Shown: piece by piece, positions 1 through 11,114 of the stretch
How positions within the stretch are numbered: the stretch's first letter is position 1
Layout of the letters: every line of letters starts with the position of its first letter
Assembly (NCBI RefSeq): GCF_043558645.1
Contig: NZ_JBIFXS010000001.1
Location: 450,763 to 474,762 of the forward strand
Length of the DNA stretch: 24,000 nt
Origin: Mariniflexile sp. HNIBRBA6329
GTDB taxonomy: Bacteria; Bacteroidota; Bacteroidia; Flavobacteriales; Flavobacteriaceae
Direction: 5' to 3'
The notes under the pieces: model-generated
The model's input: only the letters and a program-made list of their open reading frames with translations
What the model was told of the DNA's origin: nothing
Database searches by the model: none
Position numbers and translations under genes: made by a program

Positions 1-2
1 AT

Positions 3-434
3 AATTTCCCTGACGATAACGTAAATGGCGTAGAGGTTTCAAACTCATACATTAGAGTAGGCGCTTTAGAACCAAAATATGGCTCAAACCTTGTTGCAGG
101 TTTTTCTAACTACGGAAAGCAAAATGTTGATGTATTTGCACCAGGAGCCAAAATATATTCTACAACCCCTGAAAACGAATACGACACCAAAGGAGGCACC
201 TCAATGGCGGCCCCTGCGGTAGCTGGTGTTGCAGCATTAATTCGTTCTTACTATCCAAAATTAACAGCTGCTCAAGTAAAGCAAATTATTATGGAATCTG
301 GTTTGCCTATTAAAACAAAAGTGGTTGTTGGTGGCGATACCAATAATGTAAAACCATTTGCCGATTTATCTAAATCTGGCAGAATTGTTAATGCATATAA
401 CGCCTTCATTATGGCAGCTAAAATGTCTATGTAA
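3..434 (+). CDS. Subtilisin-like serine peptidase (S8 family), C-terminal fragment; the 5' end lies upstream of the window
   Basis: Frame 3 is open from base 3. The translation ...FSNYGKQNVDVFAPGAKIYSTTPENEYDTKGGTSMAAPAVAGVAALIRSYYP... contains the S8 catalytic-serine motif GTSMAAP. The track ORF 204..434 is only the part after an internal Met. Confidence 0.85.
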   Translation, partial: NFPDDNVNGVEVSNSYIRVGALEPKYGSNLVAGFSNYGKQNVDVFAPGAKIYSTTPENEYDTKGGTSMAAPAVAGVAALIRSYYPKLTAAQVKQIIMESGLPIKTKVVVGGDTNNVKPFADLSKSGRIVNAYNAFIMAAKMSM

Positions 435-500
435 CTTAAAATTTATAGACATAAGTATTAAAATATTTTAGTTTCTCAAAAACTATAACCTTATTTAAAA

Positions 501-535
501 TAGATTCTGAAAACTATATCAGAATCTATTTTTTT
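501..535 (+). terminator. Rho-independent terminator after the S8 peptidase gene
   Basis: TAGATTCTGA (501-510) pairs perfectly with TCAGAATCTA (519-528) around an 8-nt loop, followed by a run of 7 T (529-535). Confidence 0.75.
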
Positions 536-568
536 ATTATTTTCAAACAGTTATAAAAAGAAAAACAA

Positions 569-2401
569 ATGAAAAAATTAACTATTTCTATACTGTCTGT
601 TTTGGTGTTTTGGTCTTGTAACAGTGCACAACCCGTTACCACACCTTCACCATCACAAAACAATACAAATTCATGTTATTGGCAACAGCATGTAGATTAC
701 AAAATGGACATTGATATGGATGTAAACACCTATCAATACAAAGGCAAACAAACCTTGGTGTATACCAATAACTCGCCCGATATTTTAAACCGTGTGTATT
801 ATCACTTATATTTTAATGCTTTTCAACCGGGTAGTGAAATGGACGTTCGTTCTCGAACCATAGCTGACCCAGACCGCAGGGTTAAAGATCGTATTAGCAA
901 ACTGCAGCCAAACGAAATTGGTTATATCAAAGTAAATTCGTTAAAACAAAATGGCAAAACCATTAAGCACGAAACCGTTGGAACCGTTTTAGAAGTTGAT
1001 TTGGCAAAACCCATTCAACCGGGTGAAAGCGTTACTTTTGAAATGGATTTTGATGCCCAAGTACCTGTACAAATTCGTCGTTCCGGTAGAAACAATAAAG
1101 AAGGAGTAGCTTTATCAATGGCACAGTGGTACCCAAAAATAGCTGAATACGATTTTGAAGGCTGGCATGCACACCCCTATATTGGACGTGAATTCCATGG
1201 CGTATGGGGCAATTTTGATGTGAAAATTAATATCGATAAAAACTATATTATTGGTGGTACAGGTTATTTACAAAACCCTAACGAAATTGGTTATGGTTAC
1301 GAAACAGGCACTGTAACCAGACCAAATACCGATAAATTGACATGGCATTTTGTAGCGCCTAATGTACATGATTTTACTTGGGCTGCCGACCCCAATTATA
1401 TTCACGATACGATGCAGGTACCTAATGGCCCAATGCTTCACTTTCTTTATAAAAACACCATGTCCGATGAACAAAAGGACAACTGGAAACGCATACAACC
1501 TAAAGCTGTTGAATTCATGCAATATTTTAGCGACCTTGTAGGTAAGTATCCTTATAAACAGTATTCCATCATTCAAGGAGGCGATGGTGGTATGGAATAT
1601 GGTATGTGCACCCTTCTTTTGGGTGAAGGCACTTATGAAGGTATGATAAAAGGCACGATATCACATGAAATGGCTCATACTTGGTTTCAATTTTTATTGG
1701 CTAGCAACGAATCTAAACACCCATGGATGGATGAAGGTTTTTCTACATATATAGAATATAATGCCGTTAACAGTCTATTTAATGAAGGTAAGGAAAACCC
1801 TTTAGAAGAAGCTTATGAAGCCTATATATCCTTAGCCAAATCAGGTAGAGAACAACCCTTAACAACACAAGGCGACCGCTACGTTTATAATAGAGCCTAC
1901 AGTTTAGCATCATACTATAAAGGCGCTGTATTTTTAGCACAATTGGGCTATATTATGGGTGAAGAAAACTTAACAAAAACCATTAAAAAATATTTTGACG
2001 ACTTTGCTTTTAAACATCCTAAGCCATTGGATATTATCCGTACTGCAGAAAAAGTTTCAGGCTTAGAACTCGATTGGTATTTAACCGATTTTGCCCAAAC
2101 CACCAACACCATAGATTATGGTGTAAAAACTATTGAAAGCAACACCATTTCCTTAGAACGCATTGGCTTAATGCCCATGCCTATTGATGTAACCGTAACT
2201 TATACCGATGGTAAAACCGAAGATTTTTACATCCCATTACAAATGATGCGTGGTGAAAAACCAACCAAAGCTACGTTAATAAAAGATTGGGCTTGGGCAT
2301 ACCCTACCTACACTTTTGAAACCAAAAAAGCGGTAAAAAGTGTAGTAATAGACCCAAAAAATTTAATGGCGGATATTAATAAAGAAAATAACAGAAAGTA
2401 A
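569..2401 (+). CDS. M1-family zinc metallopeptidase (aminopeptidase N-like), probable lipoprotein
   Basis: A gluzincin signature HEMAH-X18-E (ISHEMAHTWFQFLLASNESKHPWMDEGFSTY) is present. A GGMEY motif lies 28 aa upstream, in the position of the M1 GXMEN motif. The N-terminus MKKLTISILSVLVFWSCNS has a signal peptide with a lipobox-like Cys. Confidence 0.85.
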   Translation: MKKLTISILSVLVFWSCNSAQPVTTPSPSQNNTNSCYWQQHVDYKMDIDMDVNTYQYKGKQTLVYTNNSPDILNRVYYHLYFNAFQPGSEMDVRSRTIADPDRRVKDRISKLQPNEIGYIKVNSLKQNGKTIKHETVGTVLEVDLAKPIQPGESVTFEMDFDAQVPVQIRRSGRNNKEGVALSMAQWYPKIAEYDFEGWHAHPYIGREFHGVWGNFDVKINIDKNYIIGGTGYLQNPNEIGYGYETGTVTRPNTDKLTWHFVAPNVHDFTWAADPNYIHDTMQVPNGPMLHFLYKNTMSDEQKDNWKRIQPKAVEFMQYFSDLVGKYPYKQYSIIQGGDGGMEYGMCTLLLGEGTYEGMIKGTISHEMAHTWFQFLLASNESKHPWMDEGFSTYIEYNAVNSLFNEGKENPLEEAYEAYISLAKSGREQPLTTQGDRYVYNRAYSLASYYKGAVFLAQLGYIMGEENLTKTIKKYFDDFAFKHPKPLDIIRTAEKVSGLELDWYLTDFAQTTNTIDYGVKTIESNTISLERIGLMPMPIDVTVTYTDGKTEDFYIPLQMMRGEKPTKATLIKDWAWAYPTYTFETKKAVKSVVIDPKNLMADINKENNRK

Positions 2402-2461
2402 TTAAAATTGTTTTCAAATAAACTTGGTGTTATTGATGCTCTCCACAAAATTTATTATTGA

Positions 2462-2469
2462 TATATTTG
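2462..2469 (+). promoter_or_regulatory. Candidate Bacteroidota -7 promoter box (TAnnTTTG) for the 2500..3165 gene
   Basis: TATATTTG is an exact match to TAnnTTTG, 30 nt upstream of the ATG. No clear -33 TTTG is present. The motif is expected by chance more than once in the intergenic DNA of an AT-rich window, so support is weak. Confidence 0.3.
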
Positions 2470-2499
2470 AAATTAAACAGAACTTAACAAATAATTAAA

Positions 2500-3165
2500 A
2501 TGGAGATATTAATTAAGAATATCAAAAAACAAATAGCCTTATTTACACTATTTTTATTAACGGCAAGCGTTTGTGTTGCTCAACAAAACGAAGAAGCTAA
2601 ATTAATAGAAAAAGCTGGTAACTGGGTTGCAGAATTAAATCTCAATAATAAAGAAAAGGAAATACAGGTAACCGAAGATATATCAACACATTTAATAGCG
2701 GTACGTAATTGGCACAACAGTCACCCGTTTGATAGTGTTCCTGCAGGTATTAATCCAGTAACCGGTCAACCCTTATCGGAGTTAGACCGCTCCATTATCG
2801 CCGATTCAGCAATGCCTAATTCTGTACATGAGGCACTTATGGCAGGACTCAAAGCAAACCTTAACGATAACCAAATTGAGGCTATTCTAGATAAATATAC
2901 CATTGGCAAAGTGGCGTTTACCTTAAAAGGATATCATGCAATAGTTACTGATCTCACAGAAGAAGAAGAATCTATTATATTAAAAAACCTAAAAGAAGCT
3001 CGAGAAATAGCTGTGGATTTTAAAAATATGAAGCAAATCTCGGCCATTTTTGAAATTTATAAAACCAAAAACGAACAATATTTAAACTCTAATGGAAGAA
3101 GTTGGAGACAATTGTATAAAGATTATGGAAAGCGTATGAAAGCTGAAAAAGCTAAAAAAAACTAA
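2500..3165 (+). CDS. Secreted hypothetical protein (signal peptide, helix-rich, Lys-rich C-terminus)
   Basis: The 221-aa ORF has the N-terminal signal sequence KQIALFTLFLLTASVCVAQQ and its own terminator. I recognise no catalytic motif, so the family was not assigned. Confidence 0.6.
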   Translation: MEILIKNIKKQIALFTLFLLTASVCVAQQNEEAKLIEKAGNWVAELNLNNKEKEIQVTEDISTHLIAVRNWHNSHPFDSVPAGINPVTGQPLSELDRSIIADSAMPNSVHEALMAGLKANLNDNQIEAILDKYTIGKVAFTLKGYHAIVTDLTEEEESIILKNLKEAREIAVDFKNMKQISAIFEIYKTKNEQYLNSNGRSWRQLYKDYGKRMKAEKAKKN

Positions 3166-3194
3166 CTTTTTAATAAATAACTCAATCATATTCT

Positions 3195-3224
3195 AAAGCC
3201 TTCTTTGTATTAAGAAGGCTTTTT
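3195..3224 (+). terminator. Rho-independent terminator after the 2500..3165 gene
   Basis: AGCCTTCTT (3197-3205) pairs perfectly with AAGAAGGCT (3212-3220) around a 6-nt loop, followed by TTTT. Confidence 0.75.
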
Positions 3225-3293
3225 GTATAGATTTCTATCTTTTTTTAGAAAAAATTACAATACACCCTTATTTTTTTATACATTCGCTCTGTA

Positions 3294-3373
3294 AACTTTA
3301 GGGGTGTTCTACTTTAAGAACTGAGATATACCCTTTGAACCTGATACGGTTAGTACCGTCGAAGGGAAAAGTT
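3294..3373 (+). promoter_or_regulatory. TPP (THI-box) riboswitch aptamer
   Basis: The P1 helix is AACTTT (3294-3299) / AAAGTT (3368-3373). The conserved core is GGGGTG...CTGAGA...ACCCTTTGAACCTGATACGGTTAGTACCGTCGAAGGGAA. It lies directly upstream of thiS-thiC. Confidence 0.92.
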
Positions 3374-3417
3374 GAATAATACATTGCAATATGTATTAGC
3401 AATTCTTTTCTAAAATA

Positions 3418-3446
3418 AAACTCACCAACACTGAGTTTATTTTTTT
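3418..3446 (+). terminator. Riboswitch expression-platform terminator (attenuator) of the thi operon leader
   Basis: AAACTCA (3418-3424) pairs with TGAGTTT (3432-3438) around a 7-nt loop, followed by ATTTTTTT. It sits between the aptamer and the thiS start at 3496. Confidence 0.7.
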
Positions 3447-3495
3447 CAAACATTTAGATACTTCTACAGTTTACAATAATTAAAAACTATTGTGA

Positions 3496-5615
<2,120 letters not shown>

Positions 5616-5654
5616 AAAACCAATGAATAATCCGTCAACTTAAAACAGAAGCAA

Positions 5655-6245
5655 ATGATTGTTCTTATTGCTCCAGAAGAAGATATACCAAATGAAATTG
5701 ACATACTTAACAAGCTGTTTAAAAACGGGTTGCTCTATTACCATTTAAGAAAACCAAATAAAGATTTTAAAGAGCATTCCGAATATTTAAATAAAATAGA
5801 ACCGGAATACCATAATAGAATTGTAGTTCACTATTTTCACGAATTGGTAAATAGTTTTGACCTAAAAGGAATTCATTTTCAAGAACAAAAAAGAATAGAC
5901 CATATTGATAATCCGGGGCAATATTTTAAAAACCTAAACATGTTTGGAAAAACAATAAGTTCATCGTTTCATGAACCAGAAACTTTAAGTGCTTGTTACT
6001 TTGAGTTCGATTACCATTTGCTAAGTCCGGTATTTTCATCACTATCAAAAGAAGGGTATGAAGGTCGGGGTTTTGATGTAAACCATATTAACAAAACTAT
6101 TGTGGGCATGGGAGGTGTAACGAACGAAAATTTAGACTGCTTTAAAAAATTAGGTTATAAAGGAGTAGGCATTTTAGGTAGCATTTGGAACACCGAAAAT
6201 CCAGTTGAAAGTTTCAATAAAATAAAAAACAGTTATAAAATATAA
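5655..6245 (+). CDS. ThiE/TenI-family paralogue (degenerate thiamine-phosphate synthase fold; possible thiazole tautomerase-like protein)
   Basis: The 196-aa protein aligns by eye with ThiE/TenI (HLRKPNKDF, LSPVFSSLSKEGYEGRG, VGMGGVTNENL, GVGILGSIW). It lacks the IND...GxHLGxxD acidic motifs that are present in the canonical ThiE at 7014..7667. Confidence 0.65.
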   Translation: MIVLIAPEEDIPNEIDILNKLFKNGLLYYHLRKPNKDFKEHSEYLNKIEPEYHNRIVVHYFHELVNSFDLKGIHFQEQKRIDHIDNPGQYFKNLNMFGKTISSSFHEPETLSACYFEFDYHLLSPVFSSLSKEGYEGRGFDVNHINKTIVGMGGVTNENLDCFKKLGYKGVGILGSIWNTENPVESFNKIKNSYKI

Positions 6246-6255
6246 TTCTAACGTA

Positions 6256-7017
6256 TTGCAACCAAAACCATACATAATAACCATAGGTGGCTTAGACCCC
6301 TCTAGTGGAGCAGGCATTACTTCGGATATTAAAACATTTGAAACTTACGGGCTCTATGGGTTATCGGTTTGTACAGCGGTTACTGTTCAAGACGATGCGT
6401 CTTTTAAACAGTGCGAATGGGTAAGACCACAGGTTGTAATAAATCAATTAGAAGTTCTATTGAATCGTTTTCCTGTTAGTGTCATAAAAATAGGCATAGT
6501 AGAGCATTGGAAAACACTTCATAACATTATCGAAAAAATAAAAGCACTAAAACCCGAAATAAAAATAATAGTAGATCCTATTTTAAAAGCCAGTGCCGGG
6601 TTCGATTTTCACCATAAAGAAAGCATAAACTATTTTGATAACATTTTAGATAAATGCTACCTTTTTACACCTAATTATAACGAAATAAAAGGTTTGTACC
6701 CAGAAAAATCTATTGAAGATACCATTTCTTATATTTCTAAAAAATCAAACATCTATTTAAAAGGCGGTCATAGAACCGATAAAAAAGGCTGGGATGAATT
6801 GTACTATGGCGGTATCGTTCAAATAAACATAGAACCCATAGCTGATAAAATTTATGAAAAACACGGAAGTGGTTGTGTATTAGCTGCTGCCATAGCTTCA
6901 AATTTAGTAAAAAACATGCATTTGGAAGATGCTTGTAGGCAAGCAAAATACTATACCGAACAGTTTTTAAACTCAAATACATCCTTATTAGGACACCATA
7001 ATTACCAAAACACATGA
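6256..7017 (+). CDS. thiD: Hydroxymethylpyrimidine/phosphomethylpyrimidine kinase ThiD
   Basis: The protein has the N-terminal motif ITIGGLDPSSGAGITSDIKT and a C-terminal GSGCVLAAAIA. The start is TTG at 6256. The stop overlaps the thiE start (ATGA at 7014-7017). Confidence 0.88.
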   Translation: MQPKPYIITIGGLDPSSGAGITSDIKTFETYGLYGLSVCTAVTVQDDASFKQCEWVRPQVVINQLEVLLNRFPVSVIKIGIVEHWKTLHNIIEKIKALKPEIKIIVDPILKASAGFDFHHKESINYFDNILDKCYLFTPNYNEIKGLYPEKSIEDTISYISKKSNIYLKGGHRTDKKGWDELYYGGIVQINIEPIADKIYEKHGSGCVLAAAIASNLVKNMHLEDACRQAKYYTEQFLNSNTSLLGHHNYQNT

Positions 7018-7667
7018 TAAGTAAATTACATTATATATCGCAAGGCGAAACACCTAGACAACATTTAGAAAACATACAAAAAGCATGTACTTCTGGAGCA
7101 GAATTAGTGCAATTACGTCTTAAAAATATAGACCTTAAAACCATTTTTGAAACCGCACTACAAGCTAGAGAAATAACCTCCCATTTTCAAACACGATTAA
7201 TAATAAACGATCATTATAAAATAGCTCGAGAAGTGAAAGCGGACGGTGTTCATTTAGGAAAAACCGATGCTTGCCCTTTAGAAGCAAAAAGCTATTTAGG
7301 AAAATTTTACAGTGTAGGAGGTACTGCAAATACACTTGAAGATTGCAAAAGATTAATTGAAAAAAAGGTAGATTATATTGGCCTAGGACCTTTTAAATTC
7401 ACTGAAACGAAAACCAATTTAAGTCCAGTTTTGGGTATTCTAGGCTACCAAACCATTATTGATGCTTTGCAAACAAAAACCCCCATAATTGCCATTGGAG
7501 GGATTATGGTATCTGACGTTCCTGAATTATTAAAAACAGGAATTTATGGCGTTGCAGCATCGGGAGAAATTACCAAAAACTTTAATAATATAAGTACTTT
7601 CAACACGCTCTTAAAAGCACCTTCAACAAACGAACAGGTATGGAAAGTCAATTTAAAAACAGAGTAG
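7014..7667 (+). CDS. thiE: Thiamine-phosphate synthase ThiE
   Basis: Canonical ThiE motifs are present: [49 protein letters not shown] and GVAASGEI. Confidence 0.9.
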   Translation: MISKLHYISQGETPRQHLENIQKACTSGAELVQLRLKNIDLKTIFETALQAREITSHFQTRLIINDHYKIAREVKADGVHLGKTDACPLEAKSYLGKFYSVGGTANTLEDCKRLIEKKVDYIGLGPFKFTETKTNLSPVLGILGYQTIIDALQTKTPIIAIGGIMVSDVPELLKTGIYGVAASGEITKNFNNISTFNTLLKAPSTNEQVWKVNLKTE

Positions 7668-7671
7668 CAGT

Positions 7672-8442
7672 ATGGATGATATACTTAGAATAGCAAATAA
7701 AACCTTTATGTCTAGATTATTTACTGGCACAGGAAAATTTAGCAGCACAGCACTTATGCGAGATGCCATTATAGCATCAGAAAGTGAATTAGCCACCGTT
7801 GCATTAAAACGAGTGGATGTTAACAACGAATCTGATGACATGTTAACACATTTAAATCATGTTAATTTATTACCAAACACCTCTGGAGTAAGAACTGCAA
7901 AAGAAGCTATTTTTGCGGCCCAATTAGCTAGAGAAGCCTTAAATACCAATTGGATAAAATTAGAAATTCATCCAGATCCAAAATATTTATTACCAGACCC
8001 CATAGAAACTCTAAAAGCAGCCAAAGCATTAGTGAAATTAGGTTTTATTGTGATGCCATATATACATGCTGACCCTGTTCTATGCAAACGTTTGGAAGAT
8101 GTAGGTACACAATGCGTTATGCCACTTGGTGCTCCAATAGGCAGTAATAAAGGGATAAAAACCGTCGATTTTTTAAAAATAATTATAGAACAAAGTAATG
8201 TGCCTGTTATTGTTGATGCTGGTATTGGAGCACCATCACATGCCGCGTATGCTATGGAATTAGGAGCCGATGCCGTTTTAGTAAATACCGCCATTGCTGT
8301 GTCTCAAAACCCAGTTGAAATGGCTATCGCATTTAAAATGGCTGTAAAAGCAGGCAGAATGGCTTATAATGCAAAAATGGCTCCCATAAAAAACCACGCC
8401 GATGCCAGTAGTCCGCTTACTTCTTTTTTAAATGAAACGTAA
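7672..8442 (+). CDS. thiG: Thiazole synthase ThiG
   Basis: ThiG motifs are present: [41 protein letters not shown] and [15 protein letters not shown]. Confidence 0.92.
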   Translation: MDDILRIANKTFMSRLFTGTGKFSSTALMRDAIIASESELATVALKRVDVNNESDDMLTHLNHVNLLPNTSGVRTAKEAIFAAQLAREALNTNWIKLEIHPDPKYLLPDPIETLKAAKALVKLGFIVMPYIHADPVLCKRLEDVGTQCVMPLGAPIGSNKGIKTVDFLKIIIEQSNVPVIVDAGIGAPSHAAYAMELGADAVLVNTAIAVSQNPVEMAIAFKMAVKAGRMAYNAKMAPIKNHADASSPLTSFLNET

Positions 8443-8465
8443 TAAACAAATTAAAAAAGCTTCAA

Positions 8466-9575
8466 ATGTCATTTAAAAACACCTTTTATAATTACGATTG
8501 GTCAACCATAGAAAACGAAATTTATACCGTTACGCCCGATGCTGTTGAAAAAGTGCTTCAAAAAGCGCATATAACTTTAGACGAATTTAAAATATTAATT
8601 TCTCCTGCAGCAAAACCATATATTGAACAAATGGCACAACGCAGTAGTATATTAACCAAAAAGCGTTTTGGCAATACCATGCAAATGTATATTCCCATGT
8701 ACCTGTCCAACGAATGTCAAAACATTTGTACTTACTGTGGTTTTAGTATGACTAATAAAATTCCGAGAAAAACATTGAGTGATGCCGAAATTTTAAAAGA
8801 AGCTCATTATATAAAAAACTTAGGGTACGATCATATTTTACTGGTTACGGGAGAAGCCAATAAAACTGTAGGAGTAGACTATATAAAACATGCTATAAAT
8901 TTAATCAACACTCACTTTTCTAATATTAGTATAGAGGTGCAACCTTTAGATCAGGAAGAATACGAATTACTCATAGAAGCAGGTTTATATGCCGTTTTAG
9001 TATACCAAGAAACCTACCATGAAGCAACCTATAAAGAACATCATCCTAAAGGAAAAAAATCTAATTTTCATTATAGATTGGATACCCCCGACAGACTTGG
9101 AAAAGCCGGAATACACAAAATAGGCTTAGGTTCATTATTTGGTTTGGAAGATTGGCGTGTAGATAGTTTTTATACAGCATTACATTTAAAATATTTACAA
9201 AAGACCTATTGGAAAACAAAGTACTCCATTTCATTTCCAAGGTTACGCCCTCACTCTGGTGGTTTAGAGCCTAAAGTAGAAATGACCGATGCAGACTTAG
9301 TACAACTAATTTGTGCATACAGATTGCTTGATGAAGATGTAGAACTATCCTTATCCACTCGCGAAAATGAAGTTTTTAGAAACAATATTGTGAATTTGGG
9401 AATCACATCTATTAGTGCAGAATCGAAAACAAATCCTGGGGGTTATAGTGTAGAACCACAGTCCTTAGAACAATTTGAAATTTCAGATGAGCGTTCTACA
9501 ACCGACATAAAAAACATGCTTCAATCGCAAGGCTTTGAGGTAGTTTGGAAAGATTGGACCAATAATTGGCAATGA
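8466..9575 (+). CDS. thiH: 2-iminoacetate synthase ThiH (radical SAM tyrosine lyase)
   Basis: The protein has the radical-SAM cluster motif CQNICTYCGF, is ThiH length (369 aa), and sits between thiG and thiF. Confidence 0.88.
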   Translation: MSFKNTFYNYDWSTIENEIYTVTPDAVEKVLQKAHITLDEFKILISPAAKPYIEQMAQRSSILTKKRFGNTMQMYIPMYLSNECQNICTYCGFSMTNKIPRKTLSDAEILKEAHYIKNLGYDHILLVTGEANKTVGVDYIKHAINLINTHFSNISIEVQPLDQEEYELLIEAGLYAVLVYQETYHEATYKEHHPKGKKSNFHYRLDTPDRLGKAGIHKIGLGSLFGLEDWRVDSFYTALHLKYLQKTYWKTKYSISFPRLRPHSGGLEPKVEMTDADLVQLICAYRLLDEDVELSLSTRENEVFRNNIVNLGITSISAESKTNPGGYSVEPQSLEQFEISDERSTTDIKNMLQSQGFEVVWKDWTNNWQ

Positions 9576-9594
9576 TAAAATTAAGTTTATAAAA

Positions 9595-10659
9595 ATGCTT
9601 AGCAAAGAAGAAGAAAAACAATATAGTAGACATCTTATTTTAGACGAAATTGGTAATGCTGGACAATTAAAATTAAAACAAGCCAAGGTTTTAATGGTTG
9701 GTGCTGGAGGTTTAGGTTGCCCCATACTACAATATTTAACAGCTGCCGGTGTTGGTACTATTGGAATTATAGACCTCGATTGTGTAGATCAAAGCAATTT
9801 ACAGCGCCAAATTTTGTATACATATAATGATATTGGCAAGTATAAAGCTAAAGTTGCTGCAACCAGATTATCACAATTAAACCCATTTATAACTTTTAAA
9901 ACGTATGTAGAACCACTTACCAAAGAAAATGCCATCAACATATTTAAAAACTTTGATGTTATAGTAGATGGAAGCGATAATTTCCCTACGCGCTATTTGG
10001 TTAACGATGCTGCAGTTTTAACAAATAAGCCCTTGGTTTTTGGTTCTATTTTTAAATTTGAAGGACAAGTTTCCGTGTTTAATTACAAAAATGGCCCCAC
10101 ATATAGATGCTTATTTCCAACCCCACCAAAATCAGCATCAGTTCCAAATTGCTCAGAAATTGGCGTACTAGGTGTTTTACCAGGCATCATTGGTGTACTT
10201 CAAGCAAACGAAGTTTTAAAAATAATTTGCGAGATGGGTACGGTTTTATCTGGAAAACTATTGGCATTTAATGCGCTTTCCTTACAACAAAGCCTGTTTA
10301 ATTTTGAAAAAAATCCAGCTGTAAACATAACATCACTAGAAAAAAACTATAAAACTTTCTGTAGGGTTCTTAATTCAATTAATGAAATAACGTACAGCGA
10401 CTACAAAAAACATCCCGAAAATTATAATTTATTAGATGTTAGAAACTTATTGGAACGTAAACACCATAATATTGGCGGTATTCATATTCCCTTAAATGAA
10501 CTTTTAAATAAGTTAGATGAAATTCCTTTAAACAAACCCTTAATTGTGTATTGTAAATCTGGCATACGCAGTAAAAAAGCTATTGAGATATTAACAAATA
10601 ATGCTATAAAAATAGATCTCATAAATTTAAAGGACGGCCTAATAAACAGTTCATTTTAA
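9595..10659 (+). CDS. thiF: ThiF/MoeB-family adenylyltransferase fused to a C-terminal rhodanese domain
   Basis: The E1-like N-terminus is YSRHLILDEIGNAGQLKLKQAKVLMVGAGGLGCP...DGSDNFPTRYLVNDA. The C-terminal rhodanese-like segment has the active-site loop YCKSGIRS. It is the last gene of the thi cluster. Confidence 0.85.
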   Translation: MLSKEEEKQYSRHLILDEIGNAGQLKLKQAKVLMVGAGGLGCPILQYLTAAGVGTIGIIDLDCVDQSNLQRQILYTYNDIGKYKAKVAATRLSQLNPFITFKTYVEPLTKENAINIFKNFDVIVDGSDNFPTRYLVNDAAVLTNKPLVFGSIFKFEGQVSVFNYKNGPTYRCLFPTPPKSASVPNCSEIGVLGVLPGIIGVLQANEVLKIICEMGTVLSGKLLAFNALSLQQSLFNFEKNPAVNITSLEKNYKTFCRVLNSINEITYSDYKKHPENYNLLDVRNLLERKHHNIGGIHIPLNELLNKLDEIPLNKPLIVYCKSGIRSKKAIEILTNNAIKIDLINLKDGLINSSF

Positions 10660-10691
10660 TTTTATTGGTTTTTTTATGTTAGTTTCATTCT

Positions 10692-10699
10692 TACCTTTG
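10692..10699 (+). promoter_or_regulatory. Candidate -7 promoter box (TAnnTTTG) for rnpA
   Basis: TACCTTTG is an exact match ending 7 nt before the rnpA ATG, which would imply a very short leader. There is no clear -33 element, and the motif is frequent by chance in AT-rich DNA. Confidence 0.25.
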
Positions 10700-10706
10700 G
10701 CTTTCT

Positions 10707-11114
10707 ATGGCACAAACATTTCCAAAAAAAGAAAAACTAAAAAGCAAAAAGCTTATCGAGCAATTGTTTGCCACTGGGCAATCAGTTTCGGCGTTTCCTT
10801 TGCGTTTGGTTTTTTTACCTACTGCTTTTGATGATGGTGTTATAGCGAAAACAGGCGTTTCGGTTAGTAAACGCTATTTTAAAACCGCGGTAGACAGGAA
10901 CCGTATAAAACGTTTGATGCGAGAGATTTACCGACTAAATAAAGCCACGTATTTTAACAACATTACAACACAATATGCGTTTATGATTTTGTACATTGGC
11001 AAAGATAAACCTACTTTAACCCAAGTTGAAACCCGAATGAACCACCTTTTTGAGAAGTTTTTAAACAAGGTTTCTGAAACTGAAAAATTAAATAGTGATG
11101 AACAAATTACTTAA
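10707..11114 (+). CDS. rnpA: Ribonuclease P protein component
   Basis: The 135-aa basic protein has the RnpA pattern KKEKLKSKKLIEQLF...FPLRLVF and the RNR motif region AVDRNRIKRLMRE. Confidence 0.88.
   Translation: MAQTFPKKEKLKSKKLIEQLFATGQSVSAFPLRLVFLPTAFDDGVIAKTGVSVSKRYFKTAVDRNRIKRLMREIYRLNKATYFNNITTQYAFMILYIGKDKPTLTQVETRMNHLFEKFLNKVSETEKLNSDEQIT

Noticed and set aside
85-100. AACCTTGTTGCAGGTT inside the S8 peptidase gene, which resembles the arms of the palindrome downstream of rnr
   Set aside because: It is not itself a palindrome, and it encodes an ordinary part of the S8 domain (SNLVAGF). The similarity is short and most likely coincidental.
1268-1576. Minus-strand 102-aa ORF inside the M1 peptidase gene
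   Set aside because: It lies entirely antisense to a strongly supported CDS and is a typical shadow ORF with no recognisable motifs. The same reasoning applies to 4232..4453, 5411..5713, 6737..7015, 7653..7841, 7968..8294, 9483..9725, 12348..12560, 13059..13379, 13429..13623, 14731..14934, 15265..15492, 16663..16911 and 17481..17687.
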